From the NCBI GenBank assembly GCA_964016885.1, contig OZ024743.1, forward strand, positions 264,616,001 to 264,680,000: 64,000 bases of DNA, in the 5' to 3' direction. Source of the stretch: Eledone cirrhosa. Its lineage: Eukaryota. The notes below the pieces were generated by a model. It saw nothing but the letters and a program-made list of their open reading frames with translations, made no database searches and had not been told where the DNA came from. Every line of letters starts with the position of its first letter. Position 1 is the first letter of the stretch. Positions 39,730-54,636 of this stretch are shown in pieces. A program made the position numbers and the translations under genes.

Positions 39730-40048
39730 CTACACATAGCGAGAAAATTAGAAACTTGGTATAATCGAGTAGACGAACATGATTTGTCGTTTATTGTATC
39801 GACTATGGAAGAAAGGAATGCAGATTTGACCGTTGTGATATGAACCGAGAACTACTTTATTGTAAGGTATCTAAGATTAAATCAGATGAGAAAATATGCA
39901 ATTAAAATATGATAATGAACTTGTTATAAAATAGCTGTTGTAGTGTGTGTGTGAGACATATAACATATATTGATATATATTTGTTGAGATTAATTCGAAA
40001 TGGTAATATATATGAATTAGTTTAGCGAGGTTTTTTATATGAAATCGT

Positions 40049-40956
40049 GTGTCGAAACAAATATTGTTTCGGATAAACTGTAAAACTAGAAACGTAGTCT
40101 ATAGCATAAGATGTACAGAGGGTACTTGCAGAAACATGACAACAACATACATAGGTGAGACAGCTCGTAGCATAGGTGAAAGGATAGACCAACACTGGGG
40201 GGAACTAAAAGGACGAAAAAACGGGTCAGTACTATACGAACATGCTAGACAACAACATGACGGTAACATAGACAACATAGAAATTAGAATAATATCTAAA
40301 CATAGGAATGACCCAGCAGATAGGCAAATCAGAGAGGTCAGTGAAATAGAAATTAGAAGACCAAAGCTAAACAGAAAGAATGAGTGGAACAACAACAACA
40401 CCCAAACAAACAACACTGACCTAAGAGAAGTATAAATAAGTAAATAAATAAATAAAAAAAATAAAATAAAATAAGATAAATAAATACATACACAAGCACA
40501 TTAACAACAAGCACATAAACACACACTAGTCACACAGCAGACACAACACTATACACACTAGTCACACAGCACACACAACACTGTACACACACGCAAACGC
40601 ATACGCAAAATAAAATAAACAAACAAGCAAATAAATAAATAAATATATAGACAGACTGAATAAAAAATGGCGTAGACATACAACACAACAGGAGGAAAAA
40701 ATATAACACCACTGACGATGTTGCAGATGTGCAACGAAAGATTTATGTAAATTATGTAAACTATATATATGTGTTTGTGTCTATATTGTATCTGTATTAT
40801 TTTTGACCGTCCGTCAGTCAATGGCAACATTGAGGACCGATTAAGTTAGATCTCAGATATAAAAGACAGCGAGAAGCGAAAACCAACCAAACACTGAGTG
40901 TGTTCTGTTATTAATTCTGGCAATATTACACAAATATGACCCTCCCCAAGTATAGT

Positions 40957-40960
<4 letters not shown>
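40049..40960 (+). mobile_element. 3' end of a Penelope-like element: GIY-YIG endonuclease and pseudo-LTR with hammerhead core
   Basis: NCKTRNVVYSIRC....C...YIGETARSIGERIDQH..H....H..RE..EI..P.LN; CTGACGA t gttgca gatg tgcaac GAAA at 40712. Confidence 0.8.
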
Positions 40961-41026
<66 letters not shown>

Positions 41027-41029
41027 GGT

Positions 41030-42087
41030 ATCCACAGTAAGTTGTGGGGTCTATTCTGCACGAAGAACTCGATGTAATCCATATGTTGAAAATGTTGTAG
41101 GTTAAGATACATCTCGGAAAACAATAAAACATTAAAAGGAAAACAGAATCATGATATAAGCTAAAGCAATGAAATAAAAAATCAAGTCATTAGAGTTATA
41201 CTTCACTGCTTTACGATCGTTTCTAAATGATGATAATACATCGTATCTATACTCCGTATTGATCTATGTAAGGTTAGTTACAAAATATCATATAAAGAGA
41301 ATATTTACTTACATGCACATCACCAGCTGTTTTCAAAAGCAATACTAATTTTATTCAGAATTAGTAGTATGTTAGTATCATGTCCTTATTTAGAGATAGT
41401 GGAAGAACTAACGAATCAAATTGTTTTTTTCATATGGTATTAAGATGAAAAGAAATACACTTTAGTTGAGGTCATGACCCTTTGAAAGGAATGGTTGAAT
41501 GGGGTTAATAGTAGAATTGGCATAAGAATCTATTAGGGAAAAAGGGATTGTCAAACTGATAGTTGAATGTATCAGGTATAGTGAAGTTAAAAAGAATGTC
41601 AAAATAAATGGTGATTAGTGTTGTATTGAGTTTTTAGGTGAATATAAATTAAGATTATGGCTAGGAAAGATAGTATATTAAAAGATGAAAATTATAATAA
41701 GATAATGAAATACAGTAATGCTATAATATACAACTTAACCAACACAATATAGTACGGAGTGGTAAATTGCACCTAGTATAATACAGCATATGATACGCTC
41801 TAAAATACAAACAAGTATGTTTATGCATAAATAATCAAACTCAGATAAATACATGTTGGCATAGTTAAAACACATAAATTTCATAGATTACAAAGTGCAT
41901 ATATCCACACTATATATAGAAAGAGGTCCAGTCATATTGATATCCAACCTAAAATATACATACGCACAAATAGATGCAAACCTAAATACACATTTACACA
42001 TATGCACATAATCATATACACACATATCCATACATATCTATATCTACACATACACACTTATACCCACATATATACATATATATACAT

Positions 42088-42180
<93 letters not shown>

Positions 42181-44563
42181 CACACAAATACACACACATA
42201 TATATATATATGGGTGTGTATGTACACTCATACATGTATACACATTCATATATAAACACTCATACACATATACTCACTTATACAAACACACATACACACA
42301 TATATATATATATAAACACACACATACGCACACACTCATACATATACATATATTTATATACATACATATATACACATACATAAATATATATATATATACA
42401 CACACATAAATATATTTCCATATCATACATAGATATATATTTACTCATGCAATTACGGGTGATTGTGTACCTTGTTGCCTTTAGTCATTAACGCATAAAC
42501 CTAAGGAAGCTAAAACATTAAAAGGTAAAAAAATAAGCATGAATGCATATAATTAGGGGAAAGGTGTACTAATAAATGTTACTCTATATAGAATTATAGT
42601 GAGTTGATATTCAGAATATTTAATTAGGTTTATAGTATTTAATTAGGTTTATAGTATTTAAATGTTCTTTGTACACCGTTGATTACAAACTATGGTCAGT
42701 TCCTGCTTTTAATTAATAAATCGTCCTTAGATTTAGTAATTTCCAAGTACTCTCCTGGACATAATCTGCATTCTCTCCTGTTCCCAAGATATGGAGTTCT
42801 TTGTAGAATGGTGTTCCGCGATAACTTGAAATCTATTTTTTTCTTTTTATAATTATTTACCGCTGCTGCTAAAGATGTGGTGTTAGCTAATTTAGTATTG
42901 TTGAAACTACTAGAGTGTGCGTAAAATCATTTCTTAAATGTGTTTGATGTAGATCCTATATATGTTTTGTTGGAGTCTGTAGTAGACACAGTGCATTTAT
43001 ATATTACATTATTAATCAAACATTTGCAATTTGAGGGGAAAATGCTTCTATTTCTGCAATTACAGCCATACGTAAGATGGTTGTTGGGGTGCCTATACTA
43101 TTCTCATTAATCCTTGAGCTATTCCTATTGTAATTAATGATAGCGGGAGAATGAATGTTGCTTTGTGGGTGATTTGGTGCTAGGGTTGTATTGTGATTTT
43201 GTGTTCTGTTGTTTTTGTGTTGGTGTTTTGGGTGGTTGTATTTTCTAGGTTGAAGGATTGTATTATTTGCCTTTTTAAAAGGTGTAGTCCTATTTAAATT
43301 GTGTTGTGGTGGTGTAGTCATATTATATATATCCACAGTAAGTTGTGGGGTCTATTCTGCATGAAGAACTCGATGTAATCCATATGTTGAAAATGTTGTA
43401 GGTTAAGATAAATCTCGGAAAACAATAAAACATTAAAAGGAAAACAGAGTCATGATATAAGTTAAAACAATGAAATAAAAAAATCAAGTCATTAGAGATA
43501 TACTTCACTGCTTTACGATCGTTTCTAGATGATGATAATACATTGTAGCTATACTCCGTTATTGATCTATGTAAGGTCAGTTACAAAATATCAGATAAAG
43601 AGTATTCACTTACATGCATATCACCAGCTGTTTTCAAAAGCAATACTAATTTTATTCAATCATAATTGTTTCTACTTTAGGCACAAGACCAGCAATTACC
43701 CAGTGCATTACTGGTACTTTATTTTATCGACCCCGTAAGGATGAAAGGCAAAGTCAACCTCGGTGGGATTTGAACTGAGATCGTAAAGGGACGTAACTAT
43801 GCTGGAAAGCATGGCGTCCGACCCTCTACCGATACTGCCAATCCAATGTCATTCAGAATTAGTAGTATGTTAGTATCATGTCCTTATTTAGAGATAGTGG
43901 AAGAACTAAAGATTCAAGTTGTTTTTTCATGTGGTGTTAAGAAGAAAAAGTAATACACTCTAGTTGAGGTTATGACCCTTTGAAAGGAAAGAATGAATGG
44001 TGTTAATAGTAGAATTGGCATAATAATCTATTAGGAGGAAAGGGGTTGTCAAACTGATAGTTGAATGTATCTGGTATAGTGAAGTTAAAAAGAATGTCAA
44101 AATAAATTAAGATTATGGCTAGGAAAGATAGTATATTAAAAGATGAAAATTATAAGATAATGAAATACAGTAATGCGATAATATACAACTTAACCAACAC
44201 AATATAGTACGGAGTGGTAAATTGCACCTAGTATAATACAGCATATGATACGCTCTAAAATACAATCAAGTATGTTTATGCATAAATAATCAAACTCAGA
44301 TAAATACATGTTGGCATAGTTAAAACACATACATTTCATAGATTATAAAGTGCATATATCCACACTATATATAGAAAGAGGTCCAGTTATATTGATATCC
44401 AACCCAAAATATACATACGCACAAATAAACACAAACCGAAATACACATTTACACATATGCACATAATCATATACACACATATCCATACATATCTATATCT
44501 ACACATACACACCTATAACTACATATATACATATATATATATATACATACACACACACATACC

Positions 44564-44597
<34 letters not shown>

Positions 44598-45270
44598 ATT
44601 TATATATATATAATTATTTTTTTCATATGGTGTTAAGATGAAAAGTAATACACTTTGTGTGTACATATATATATATATATTTATATATGTGTATATATGT
44701 ATGCATATATATATATGTATATGTATAAGTGTGTGTATATGTGTGTGTTTATATATATATGTGTGTGTGTGTGTGTATATATATATACACATACACGCGC
44801 TCATATATAAACACTCATACACATATACTCACATATACACACACACATACACACATATATATATAAACACACACATATACACACACTGATACATATACAT
44901 ATATATATATATATATATACATACATATATACACATATATAAATATATATATATACTCACAAAGTGTATTACATTTCATCTTAACACCATATGAAAAAAA
45001 TAATTCGATTCGTTAGTTCTTCAACTACCTCCAAACAAGGACATGATACTGACATATTACTAATTCTGAATAAAATTATTATTGCTTTTGAATACAGCTG
45101 CTGATATGCATGTAAGTAAATATTCTCATTATCTGATATTTTGTAAGTAACCTTACATATATAAATAACGGAGTATATCTACAATGAATTATCATCATCT
45201 AGAAATGGTCGTAAAGCAGTGAAGTATATCTCTAATGACTTCGATTTTTTATTTCAATGTTTTAACTTAT
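41030..45270 (-). mobile_element. Complex Penelope-like insertion: two direct pseudo-LTR units, a GIY-YIG remnant and an inverted partial unit
   Basis: 41030..42410 repeated at 43330..44958; inverted copy 44960..45270; minus strand 42660..43030 reads KCLINNVIYKCTV..KTYIGSTSNTFKK..CRLC. Confidence 0.75.
43659..43850 (-). mobile_element. tRNA-derived SINE family 1 inserted in one duplicate
   Basis: Absent from the paralogous site near 41353; attca on both sides. Confidence 0.9.
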
Positions 45271-45289
45271 ATATATATATATATAATTG

Positions 45290-47994
45290 AAAAAGTGAGG
45301 AATAACATGGTCAACAGTACAAAAAAGGGGATTTATCATATTTACAGTCTGCAAATGATTTCACTGATTAAGTTGTCTAAAGATTGCTGAACACTTAAAG
45401 CAGTGCCACTCAATTTCAAATACGATATTAGATTAACCAGATCATCGAAGATAACTGCTGTAATGTCGGTAATTTTAAATTACAGCATCATTAATAATAT
45501 TAATAATAAAGGTAGAGAGAGAAAAAAGAGATAGAGAAAAGAAAGAAAAAAGAAAAAGAAGAATGGAAAATAGAGAAAGATATAGATAGAAAAAGATATA
45601 GATAGAAAAACAGACAGATAGAAAGGAGGATAGAAAGAGGAGAGAAAAGTATAAAGGAGGAATAATGGTAGAGAAAAATAAAAATAAAGGGAAAATAATG
45701 ATATCAACAATAAATGAATAAATGAATAAATGTTAATACAAGAATAAATGCATATAAATAAATAAAGAAGTTACATCGAGGATGATATAAGACAATACAA
45801 AATATGAGAATAAATAAAAAGATGTGCTAAGAAGAGTAAACTTAGTAAAATTATTGAGAGTGGTTATAGTTTTGGTGGTTAAAATATAGAGATACGGAGG
45901 TATAAACATGATAATGTTAAATATATTTATGTTTGTATTGGTTATTTTAATAAATTAATTATATAATTACTTGATTAATTAGTTGTAAGTTATATTAAGT
46001 GAAAATAATATAAGATAAAATACGATAAATGCCAGATATGAAATAAATTTAGGGAGAGAAATAGAAAGATAGAAAGTGAAAGATAAAGATATATAAAATA
46101 TGAATGTAAAATATAAGAGGTTGTGATGTTGGTTCATTGATAGATGATGACAATTATAATAATAATGATGATAATATGATATTATAATAGATCTAAGTGG
46201 TACAATTTGAGTTATAGTATAGATTGGATGAATTAAGTTGGTCTGAAGTTCTTTCAATTTTACTGTTAAGTAGCATTTTGTTGTATTTTGAAATTTGGAA
46301 AAGCTACATATTACAAAAACCACAGTGGGACATGCCAATTCTATAGGCTATTGCCGTTGATAACTTCGTCCAGCTGATTTTGTATTCCAGGTTCGCATCT
46401 CTGAGTTGCCAGATTTTATTGGCGAGTGTTGTTGTATTCATGAGCTTCCTGTTATTCATAGAGTGTTTATGGACATACCACCTTTTCTTGAACTCCCCCG
46501 CTGTGGAACCTATGTAGTGCCATGCTAAGCTGCCTGAATTTATAGTACATAGGTACACTATATTTGACTCCAGGCATCTATTTTGAAATGGGCATTTATT
46601 AGGAAGATGACAGTTATATTTAGATGCCTTCCTATGTGCCGGTTCTTCGATATGGTTTTGTACGCTGTTATGTATGGGCTGAGAATTGTTTTTTTTTATG
46701 TATTGTGGTGATGTGTTCTGACGTGTGTTTGGTTGTGATGATGTTATATGCTTGTGTTTTGTATTTGGTGTTATGGTACTTATTTGCAGGCTACTTGTAT
46801 TATAAAGTATCTTATAGTTAATTGTATGTATGTGCGATTCTATGTTGTTGACAGTGTGGTATGATAGTTTGATAGTTTTTCTATTAAATATTTTATGATA
46901 TTTATGAATTTTAGGGAAGTGTTTGTCAATTAATTTGAAGAAACTATAAGGTAGTTTTGTTTCTATAGAGGAGTTAAATATTGGATTGAACCATAAGTAC
47001 ATTCTACATCTGCATCTTGTATAGTTTCTAGTGGTCTTTATATTAGTATTCTGTTCCATTAATTCTCGTGCTTGTTGCCAATTTCTATGTTTAGTCCTAG
47101 ATTTGTTGCTTCTATAGGTGTGGATAGCGTTATTTCTATTAAGTGTGATGTTATTTTTTGTATCTGGTATGTATTTGAGTCTCTCTTTATAGCCTGCTTT
47201 AAGTAAACCTATGTTGTAGTAGTTAACGTGTTCGTTAAAAATCTCTAGATTAGAAGATAAGTGCGAGATTCTAAGGGGTATACTATGTGCTATGGAGTTA
47301 AATATGGATCGAGAGTGATTAGAGTTATAATTAATGTAAGCTAAATTTTCATTATTTTTAAGGAAGGGTTCTATTAGTCCAGTGTTTAGGTTAAGCGATA
47401 CATCTAAGAAGTTAGCTTTTATAGAGTTGAGTTCAAAAGTAATGTTACGGCCTAATTTATTAAATAATTTTCTAATCCTTTTCCGTAATCTTTTTAAGTT
47501 TTGATTATTTAGGATTTTAGCTAAAAGTAATGTATCGTCTCTATAAATTCCTCCTTGTAGGTTATCAAATTCCTTATGTAAGATATGTGCTATATATATT
47601 CCGACAATGTCCGTAACCTGGCCTGAATCATTCGATCCCATACTTATATCAAAGTTATTTTGTCTATTTTTTCTTTCCCAGTAACTATTGTCGAACCTAA
47701 TGATTTTTCTTCTAGTAGCTAGTATTATTTTAATTTCCTCTGGTGATAGGTCAGAGTTTTTTGTGCAATGGATGGTACCTTATTTAGGGGTACTGGGGAA
47801 ATTAATGTCAAATTGTATGAAGTCGGAAGATTCTCTATCGTCTAATTTATTAACCAATCTATTGCTTCATTAGTGTTACCCCAGATCTTAATTATTAGTT
47901 TTTCTTTAATTTGTGATATTATTCTATCTAGTATAAACTTGCTAATATTGCCTGTAACTGATTTTGATGGACATATTAATCTAATGGTTTTTCT

Positions 47995-47997
<3 letters not shown>
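45290..47997 (-). mobile_element. 5'-truncated Penelope-like element (Hydra-type RT plus GIY-YIG)
   Basis: IRLICPSKS, DFIQFDI, MGSNDS, IYRDD, NFLDV, WFNP, NC....CP...CL..NIVY, YIGSTAGEFKKR; (AT)n on both sides. Confidence 0.9.
46304..47641 (-). pseudogene. Penelope-like RT C-terminal half and GIY-YIG endonuclease
   Basis: 445-aa open segment with YRDD and IVY...YIG motifs. Confidence 0.85.
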
Positions 47998-48073
<76 letters not shown>

Positions 48074-50705
48074 CGCATGATATTTGTACAGTGGTGGAGT
48101 GACACGCAACCTATATGTTGTACCAGTGTAACGTATGGATAGTTAGAAGAAGAAGAAGAAGAAGAAGGGGGGGGGGGTCGAGTCGATTAAGCGAATGATT
48201 GAGGTGTGTGGAAGTTGCAGAGAAATATAGATGACGATGACGATTATGATGATGTGGATGTTGATAAAGATGTTGATGCTGTTGATGATGATGGAGTTGA
48301 TCATGATTATGTTGAGGATGATGATGATGATGATAAAAAGACGATAAACTCAGTAGTAGTGTTGGTCGTAACGGCCACGAACTGACAGCCACGGATTCTA
48401 AGCAGGAAGTAAAAGAAACCAATGAAAATGACCCGACCTAAACTGACCTGACCTTTTAACAGCTGAACTATCACCAAATTTCAATTAACTGTCTCTCATT
48501 ATCTAGTAGTAGTGACTGGTACGTAGATAATTGTAGAATGTATGGCAGTAGAGTGGTGGAACTAGTGTTGGATGGGGTCGGAAGAAATTTGAAAATTACG
48601 AATGTCAAGGATAGCTTATTGATTCATGCGTATTCACGTATATGTTGTAATTAATAAAAATTCAATTAAATATATTTAATTGCACCCCACCACTCTCGAG
48701 GTTCAGTGTTGTATATAGAAAAACAGAGCTGATGTTTATGTATTATGATTTTTACATATGATATATGTATGTTGTAGACATGCAATCGTTCAGTATGTTT
48801 TCTTTTTCCTCAGTTAATTTCCATAGGTAAATTCATTATATATCGGAGTTGCCTTTTATGAAGGATCTGCCTCCTTTCATCATTTTGTGTCTTATATATT
48901 AAGTCAGGACACTCCTTAGTGCTACTGTTAGCACGTAAACCAGGACAACTTGTCACATCGTCGGGTCGTCGGTGACCTACCCAGCAACACCACCAAGTTT
49001 ACTTGGTGAGGAGAGTGATTTTGGAAACACTGCAGGATGAAATACAAAGCCTGACAAAGGGCGGAGGAACTCATGTGAGTCAATGGCCATCCAGTAATAT
49101 ATATACATTTATATATCGTGTAGGTGTGTAAATATGTATATGTTAATTCATGTGTGTACAGAACTTTAGTAGATTTCACTAGTTGGAATTGGATCTTCTA
49201 TTGTGGCATCTCGGTGTGTACCAATGTCTGTTCAACATGACAATTAGCGAACTGGTTCAAGCTGATCATCTAGCCTCTCTGAGTTCGAAGACCAACATGC
49301 GTGGGGAAGACTCAGTTCCTAAAGAATGTGCCTTTGATATGGCTATCGTCGGATAGTCTAGCAGACAGGTCGGATCCAGAGGAGTAAGCGTCGATAAAAA
49401 TCCTGCTTTTCTCATAGTAAGCAGTAGCTGATAAAACGATCAGGTTAATTAAGGTTAATTAGATGACCACGGAGGCTGAACACCAGTGGCTTTGTAGTTA
49501 TTTGATTAGTTACTCGACAATGGGTTGGCCAAACTACTCAAGTTATCTGAGAAATCTACGTGTATGTAGATATGGCGAGCCGCATAAATTCTAGACATTA
49601 GATAAAGTAAATCAAATGCTTTATCTTCGACGGAGGGATGACTCAAGAAGAAGGCGTATGATATCCTATTTGCACCTCATGGTTTCATAAGCTATAAAAA
49701 GCTGCAGAATTGTAAATGTTAGTCACATCCTCAGACAATGTGGATACAAATGGCTGAATGAGATTTTGCAAAAATTCGTGAAGGAATCTACTAATGTAAT
49801 ACCCAATGTGTATTTGTCCATCACACACGAGCCATGGCTGAATAAAAAAGGAGTGATGACGGCAACTAAGGAAACTACAGAAAGCAGCGTTTAACATTCG
49901 CTACACCTGTGTGTGTATGTAGAGCTAATTGGCTATACACATTGGCTGTTATGATTATGTGAATGTTTGTGCGTGCATATGTGTGTTTGTGCAAATTATA
50001 TTTATATAAAATATTTGTGTGAGTGTATATGTGTTTGTGTGCGTATATTTAGAAAAAAATACATAGACAATAGAATTACAAATGCACACGCATCTACACA
50101 TACATATATATATAAACAGAGACGCGTAGAAAAAATAATTATATTATTCACACACAGCTATGTGTGGACTAAAGAAGGAGGGGTGAGAAACTATAGATCT
50201 CCAGCGTTCTAAGATTCGCCATATCTGTGTTTATGTATGTTTGCATCACTTGTGTGAGTGGGCACTAATGAATCAACCAACCAACTAAGAAACAAACACG
50301 TATCTCTTTTTATATATGTGTAGATATTACAATTAGTCCTCTATATTTTATGGGGCCAGCTAGTATAGCTAGTATGTTCATAAATGAAAAAGGAAAATGA
50401 AAGGAGGCAGATCATGGATAGGAGCAAAATCTGATATATAATGTATTTACTCGTTGAAATAATAGAGAAAGGAGGAAAAACACCAAACGTTTAAATGTCT
50501 ACAACATACACACCTCTTACTCAATATATCATCAATATATATTGTACTACTTAGCATATTATTAGCGGACAACTTAATATTTATATCTTAATTAACTACC
50601 ACCATTAACGCTAATAATATGCAAATTAGTACGTCCATTTCATAATGCCATTAAATATGATGTCATATAAAACCCTCGGCTACGTGTCTCCTTCGCGGTA
50701 TTTAG

Positions 50706-50756
<51 letters not shown>

Positions 50757-50971
50757 CAAGAGTGATAAGAACATATATTTAACTTTGTATTGTTGCAGAT
50801 AATGGAATTGGAAATAACTGATATACATACATGGACATACACACACATACACAATATGTCTCTCTTTCTCGCACACACACTTCACTATATACAAGATATA
50901 TATATAATTCAGTTAAATAATAAATAGAAATGTGTTATTTTTGTAATTAGCAGGAATTCTTAAGTGTTGAG

Positions 50972-51039
<68 letters not shown>

Positions 51040-51372
51040 ATAAATATATATATTTATATATATATGTGTGTATGTTTATGTCAGTATGTATGTGAACCAT
51101 CTATTTTCTGCTTTCCAGTTAAAGAATCTGTAAATGATACTGAATTGTCTTAGACATGTGTCTCTTCCAGACATTTAATAACGTATTAGCTATCATTTAC
51201 TTTCCATTCATAAACCGAAACCAATACCTATTTATTTATTTCAAAATGGCAGCTTCCACATTTTGTCTTAACGGTATTAAATATTGATGAACTACTTCTT
51301 TTGTGTTATGTGAGTGAGAATGTTTTCATGGTTTATTCTTAACATGATAACACATTTACATCAGTGTTGTAT

Positions 51373-53850
51373 AGGTGCCAGTGGATCACCCTGCCTATCA
51401 CATCATGTCTCCAGCCTTTATAGTGAGTCTGGGCTCAGTGTTTGCACTCGGATACAATGTGAGCCACAGTCTCCTCTGTCTCTACACAGATCCTACACAG
51501 TGGGCTAGCCTCCTCCTTGTAAATATGGTGTTTCACCCACTTCGTTCTAAGGGCCTGCTCTTGTGCAGCCATTAGCATTCCTTCTGTAGCCTTTTTAATG
51601 TCTCCTCCTTGTAACCAGTTCCATGTCTGTGGATCTCTAAATTCAGTTTTCTTAAAGAAGGTACTATGAAGGGATTTTTCATGAAGGTTGCTCTTCCTCC
51701 TTGTTGTTATTTCCTCCTTGGACAATCCCCTGGTCTATTGTCTTCTCCTTCAGTACAATTTTGAGCATTGGCTCCCTACTGTCAGTCACTTGTTTGTGCA
51801 GGTTGTTTTTCTCCATCTGAACACAGTCCTCTATGCTGATAAGACCTCTTCCAATTTCAGATTTCTTTAAGTAGATTCTATCGACATCACTCCTCTTGTG
51901 GAACATGTTGTAGATAGTCAATAGCTTCCTAGTCTTCCTATCCATTTCTTTTTGTTCAGCAACATTCAATTTCAGAATTCCCGCACTGTACCTAATAACA
52001 GACACAGCTCGGGAATTCACTTCACTTATGACATTCCTACTATTTAGATGTGATTTTAATACGCTCCTTACTCTCCTAATGTACTCAGATCTTATGAATT
52101 CCTTCATTTTTTAGTCTTGATGTCTCCTGCCTCCAGAACACCTAAATATTTGTATCCTTCTTCAGTTTCAATTTCATTTATCATCTCACCTGTTGGTACC
52201 TTCATTCCGTTGCTTCTGCTCAATTTACCCCTCTTCATCACTAGGACTCCACACTTATTAATACCAAATTGCATACATATATCATTGCTGAAAATACGGA
52301 CAGTGTCAACAAGTACATCCAATTCCTTGAACATGGTTGTCAGTTTCGGGTGGAGGGATGTTATATTTTTAGTCCAATACCCCTGCACACCATCTGGACC
52401 TGGTGATTTCCAGTTGGTTAGTTTTTTTGCCTGCCCCTTAAGAGTTCCATCTGTGATACTCAAATCAGTTTGTTGGTGTGCCTGTTCACTAATCTCCGTT
52501 TGTACTGTCTCAATCCACACTGCCTGGTCATTATGTTTAACATCATCCTCCCATATTCCTCTCCAGAATGTCTTAGTTTGTTCCGCCTCAGGGATCAAGT
52601 CGTTGCCTCTTTCTTTCCCTTCAAGCTCTCCAAACAACATCTTCTGGTTGTTGTTAAACATGCGGTTCTGTCTATACTGATTGACTCTGCTCTAGTATCG
52701 CCTAATTTTTGCACTCTTTGCTACAATGTGTTGCTTCAGTTCCTCTATGATAATATTTAGCTTTTTCCTCCTAGTTTTGTACTTTATTTCCAGTCTATTT
52801 GTAGTGTCCATTTTTGTAGTGTCCCATTCAGTATGGACTCAAGCTTTCCAATGTCATTTCTCATTTCCCTGATTTGACCATTCAGTCGTTTCTTCCACCA
52901 AGGTTCTGATCTTTCTTGATTGTTGTTTCCTCTCGCTTTTATGCCAAGTAATTTCCTCACCGCATTTGCTGTTGCTTTGAGGATATTGTTGCACTGGTGA
53001 AGGCTCCTCGCCTCAAGGTATAGGATGACTTTGTTTACCTTAGCTGTTGTTTCTTTTAACTTTTTCCTGTCTACAAATCTTAGGTTCATAGGTTTCCCAC
53101 TATCATTGTTCATTTCATTTACCACTAAGTTTAGGGTATCAACCAAATCTTGTCCTAGCCCGTCAGCATTCATCTCCTCAATGGCCGTATCTTTGTTCCA
53201 GGTATTATTTATTTCAGCATTCAGATCATTGTCTGCTTCGGATGGTTCCTCCGTTCTCTCAACCTCTTCACCTTCATTTCCCACTGGATCGTTTTCCCGG
53301 CATACTCCACTCTCCATTTCCAACTTAATCTCTCGGCTCAGTTCCTCCAGTTTCAGATCGCTTATCTACCCATTAGATCTTATTACCCGAGCCTGCCCTG
53401 CCAATTTTTGTTCATCTAATTTAATTAGACCAATCTCGTTCCAGATGTTATGCATCCGTTTTCTATAACCTTTTTCCTTGGGGTTACTCTTCAGGTAACA
53501 TTGCATAACAGTTCTATTCAATTCTTTCGTCCAGTTGGTTCTGGTCCCTTTCCTTCTTCTTCTTCCTCCGACACCAGCTGTATTTGGTTGACAGCCAGGT
53601 CCCTGCTGCTGAGTCAGGGAGCACCTGCTGGGTGAGAGTCTGTCACATGACATTCCAGTCTCCACTTCACCGTTATTCGAACTGTTTAGGTACGACATTT
53701 AAACACTCTTATCGAGGATTGGTGAATGCGTTGTTACATAACCACCGGTGATTTCATCACCTCCGGTGATTTGATCACCCCCGGTGATTTTAGCGTGGCA
53801 GTATCACGCTGTAGACGAACAAACATATAGGTAAAAACCCAAAAATGAAT
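51373..53850 (-). mobile_element. R4/Dong-like family D1 copy 2, internally and 3'-deleted
   Basis: 51375..51790 matches 620..1035; WKSPGPDG, YKYLG, GRGL, CRIC; RT core and endonuclease missing; 5' boundary approximate. Confidence 0.88.
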
Positions 53851-54544
53851 AAGCATAAGTTTCATTGTAATGTAATGTTTGAATGTCTGACTTAGTTTTT
53901 TTGCTTGTTTGTCTGTCTGTTTGTTTTTCTTTTCTTTTTTCTTTTCTTTACGTTTTTCGTTGCTGCTGTGCTGTTTTGAATTTGAATTTTGATTTTTTGA
54001 TTTTTTGACCGGGTCATCAAATCGGTCTATTTATATCTTTTGATGCCATCCTCATTTAGTGGGAATACTACGATGCCTGTCTTAGCAGGAGGTAGTGGGA
54101 GAGAATAGCGGCGGTAGCGATAATGAGGCAGTGGTGTTGGTGATCTGATCGTAGTACTGTAGTGTGGTGTTGAAGATGAAGTAGAAATAGAAGTTGAGGT
54201 AACTTGACTAGAGCTTTTAGCGTGGTAGTGGTGATGGTGGCGGCGGTGGTGGTGCTGGTGGTGAAATTATTTGCCTTTCTGTCCACTTAGCCATTTTGCC
54301 ATTTTTCTCTTTTTCGACTGTAACATTGCTGATCCAAAATTAAATATTAAATATTGGGGCCCTATGCTGTAATGTGATGCGTTGTCGCTTGCTGAGAGAA
54401 AAAAAAACTGGAATCTTATATTTCATTTGTAATAAGAATTATTGTATCACAGTTGTTTTAAATAAGTAAAATTCAAAAACTTACGGGAGCGATTCCATAA
54501 CGATATATATCCACCATGTGCGTTTTCTTCCCTTTTCTTCCATT

Positions 54545-54595
54545 GTACCAGTAATGCACTGGGTAATTGCTGGCCTTGTGCCTAAAGTAGAAACA

Positions 54596-54635
<40 letters not shown>
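54545..54635 (+). mobile_element. SINE family 1 3' fragment with (ATT)n tail
   Basis: gtaccagtaatgcactgggtaattgctggccttgtgcctaaagtagaaaca followed by (att)n. Confidence 0.85.

Positions 54636-54636
<1 letters not shown>

Noticed and set aside
48930-49420. GC-richer stretch resembling a LINE 5' UTR
   Set aside because: Single copy here with no ORF or termini to support a call
53744-53790. Three palindromic repeats of about 18 bp (ccggtgattt.atcacc) as a CRISPR-like array
   Set aside because: No spacers; a simple tandem repeat in a retrotransposon 5' UTR in eukaryotic DNA
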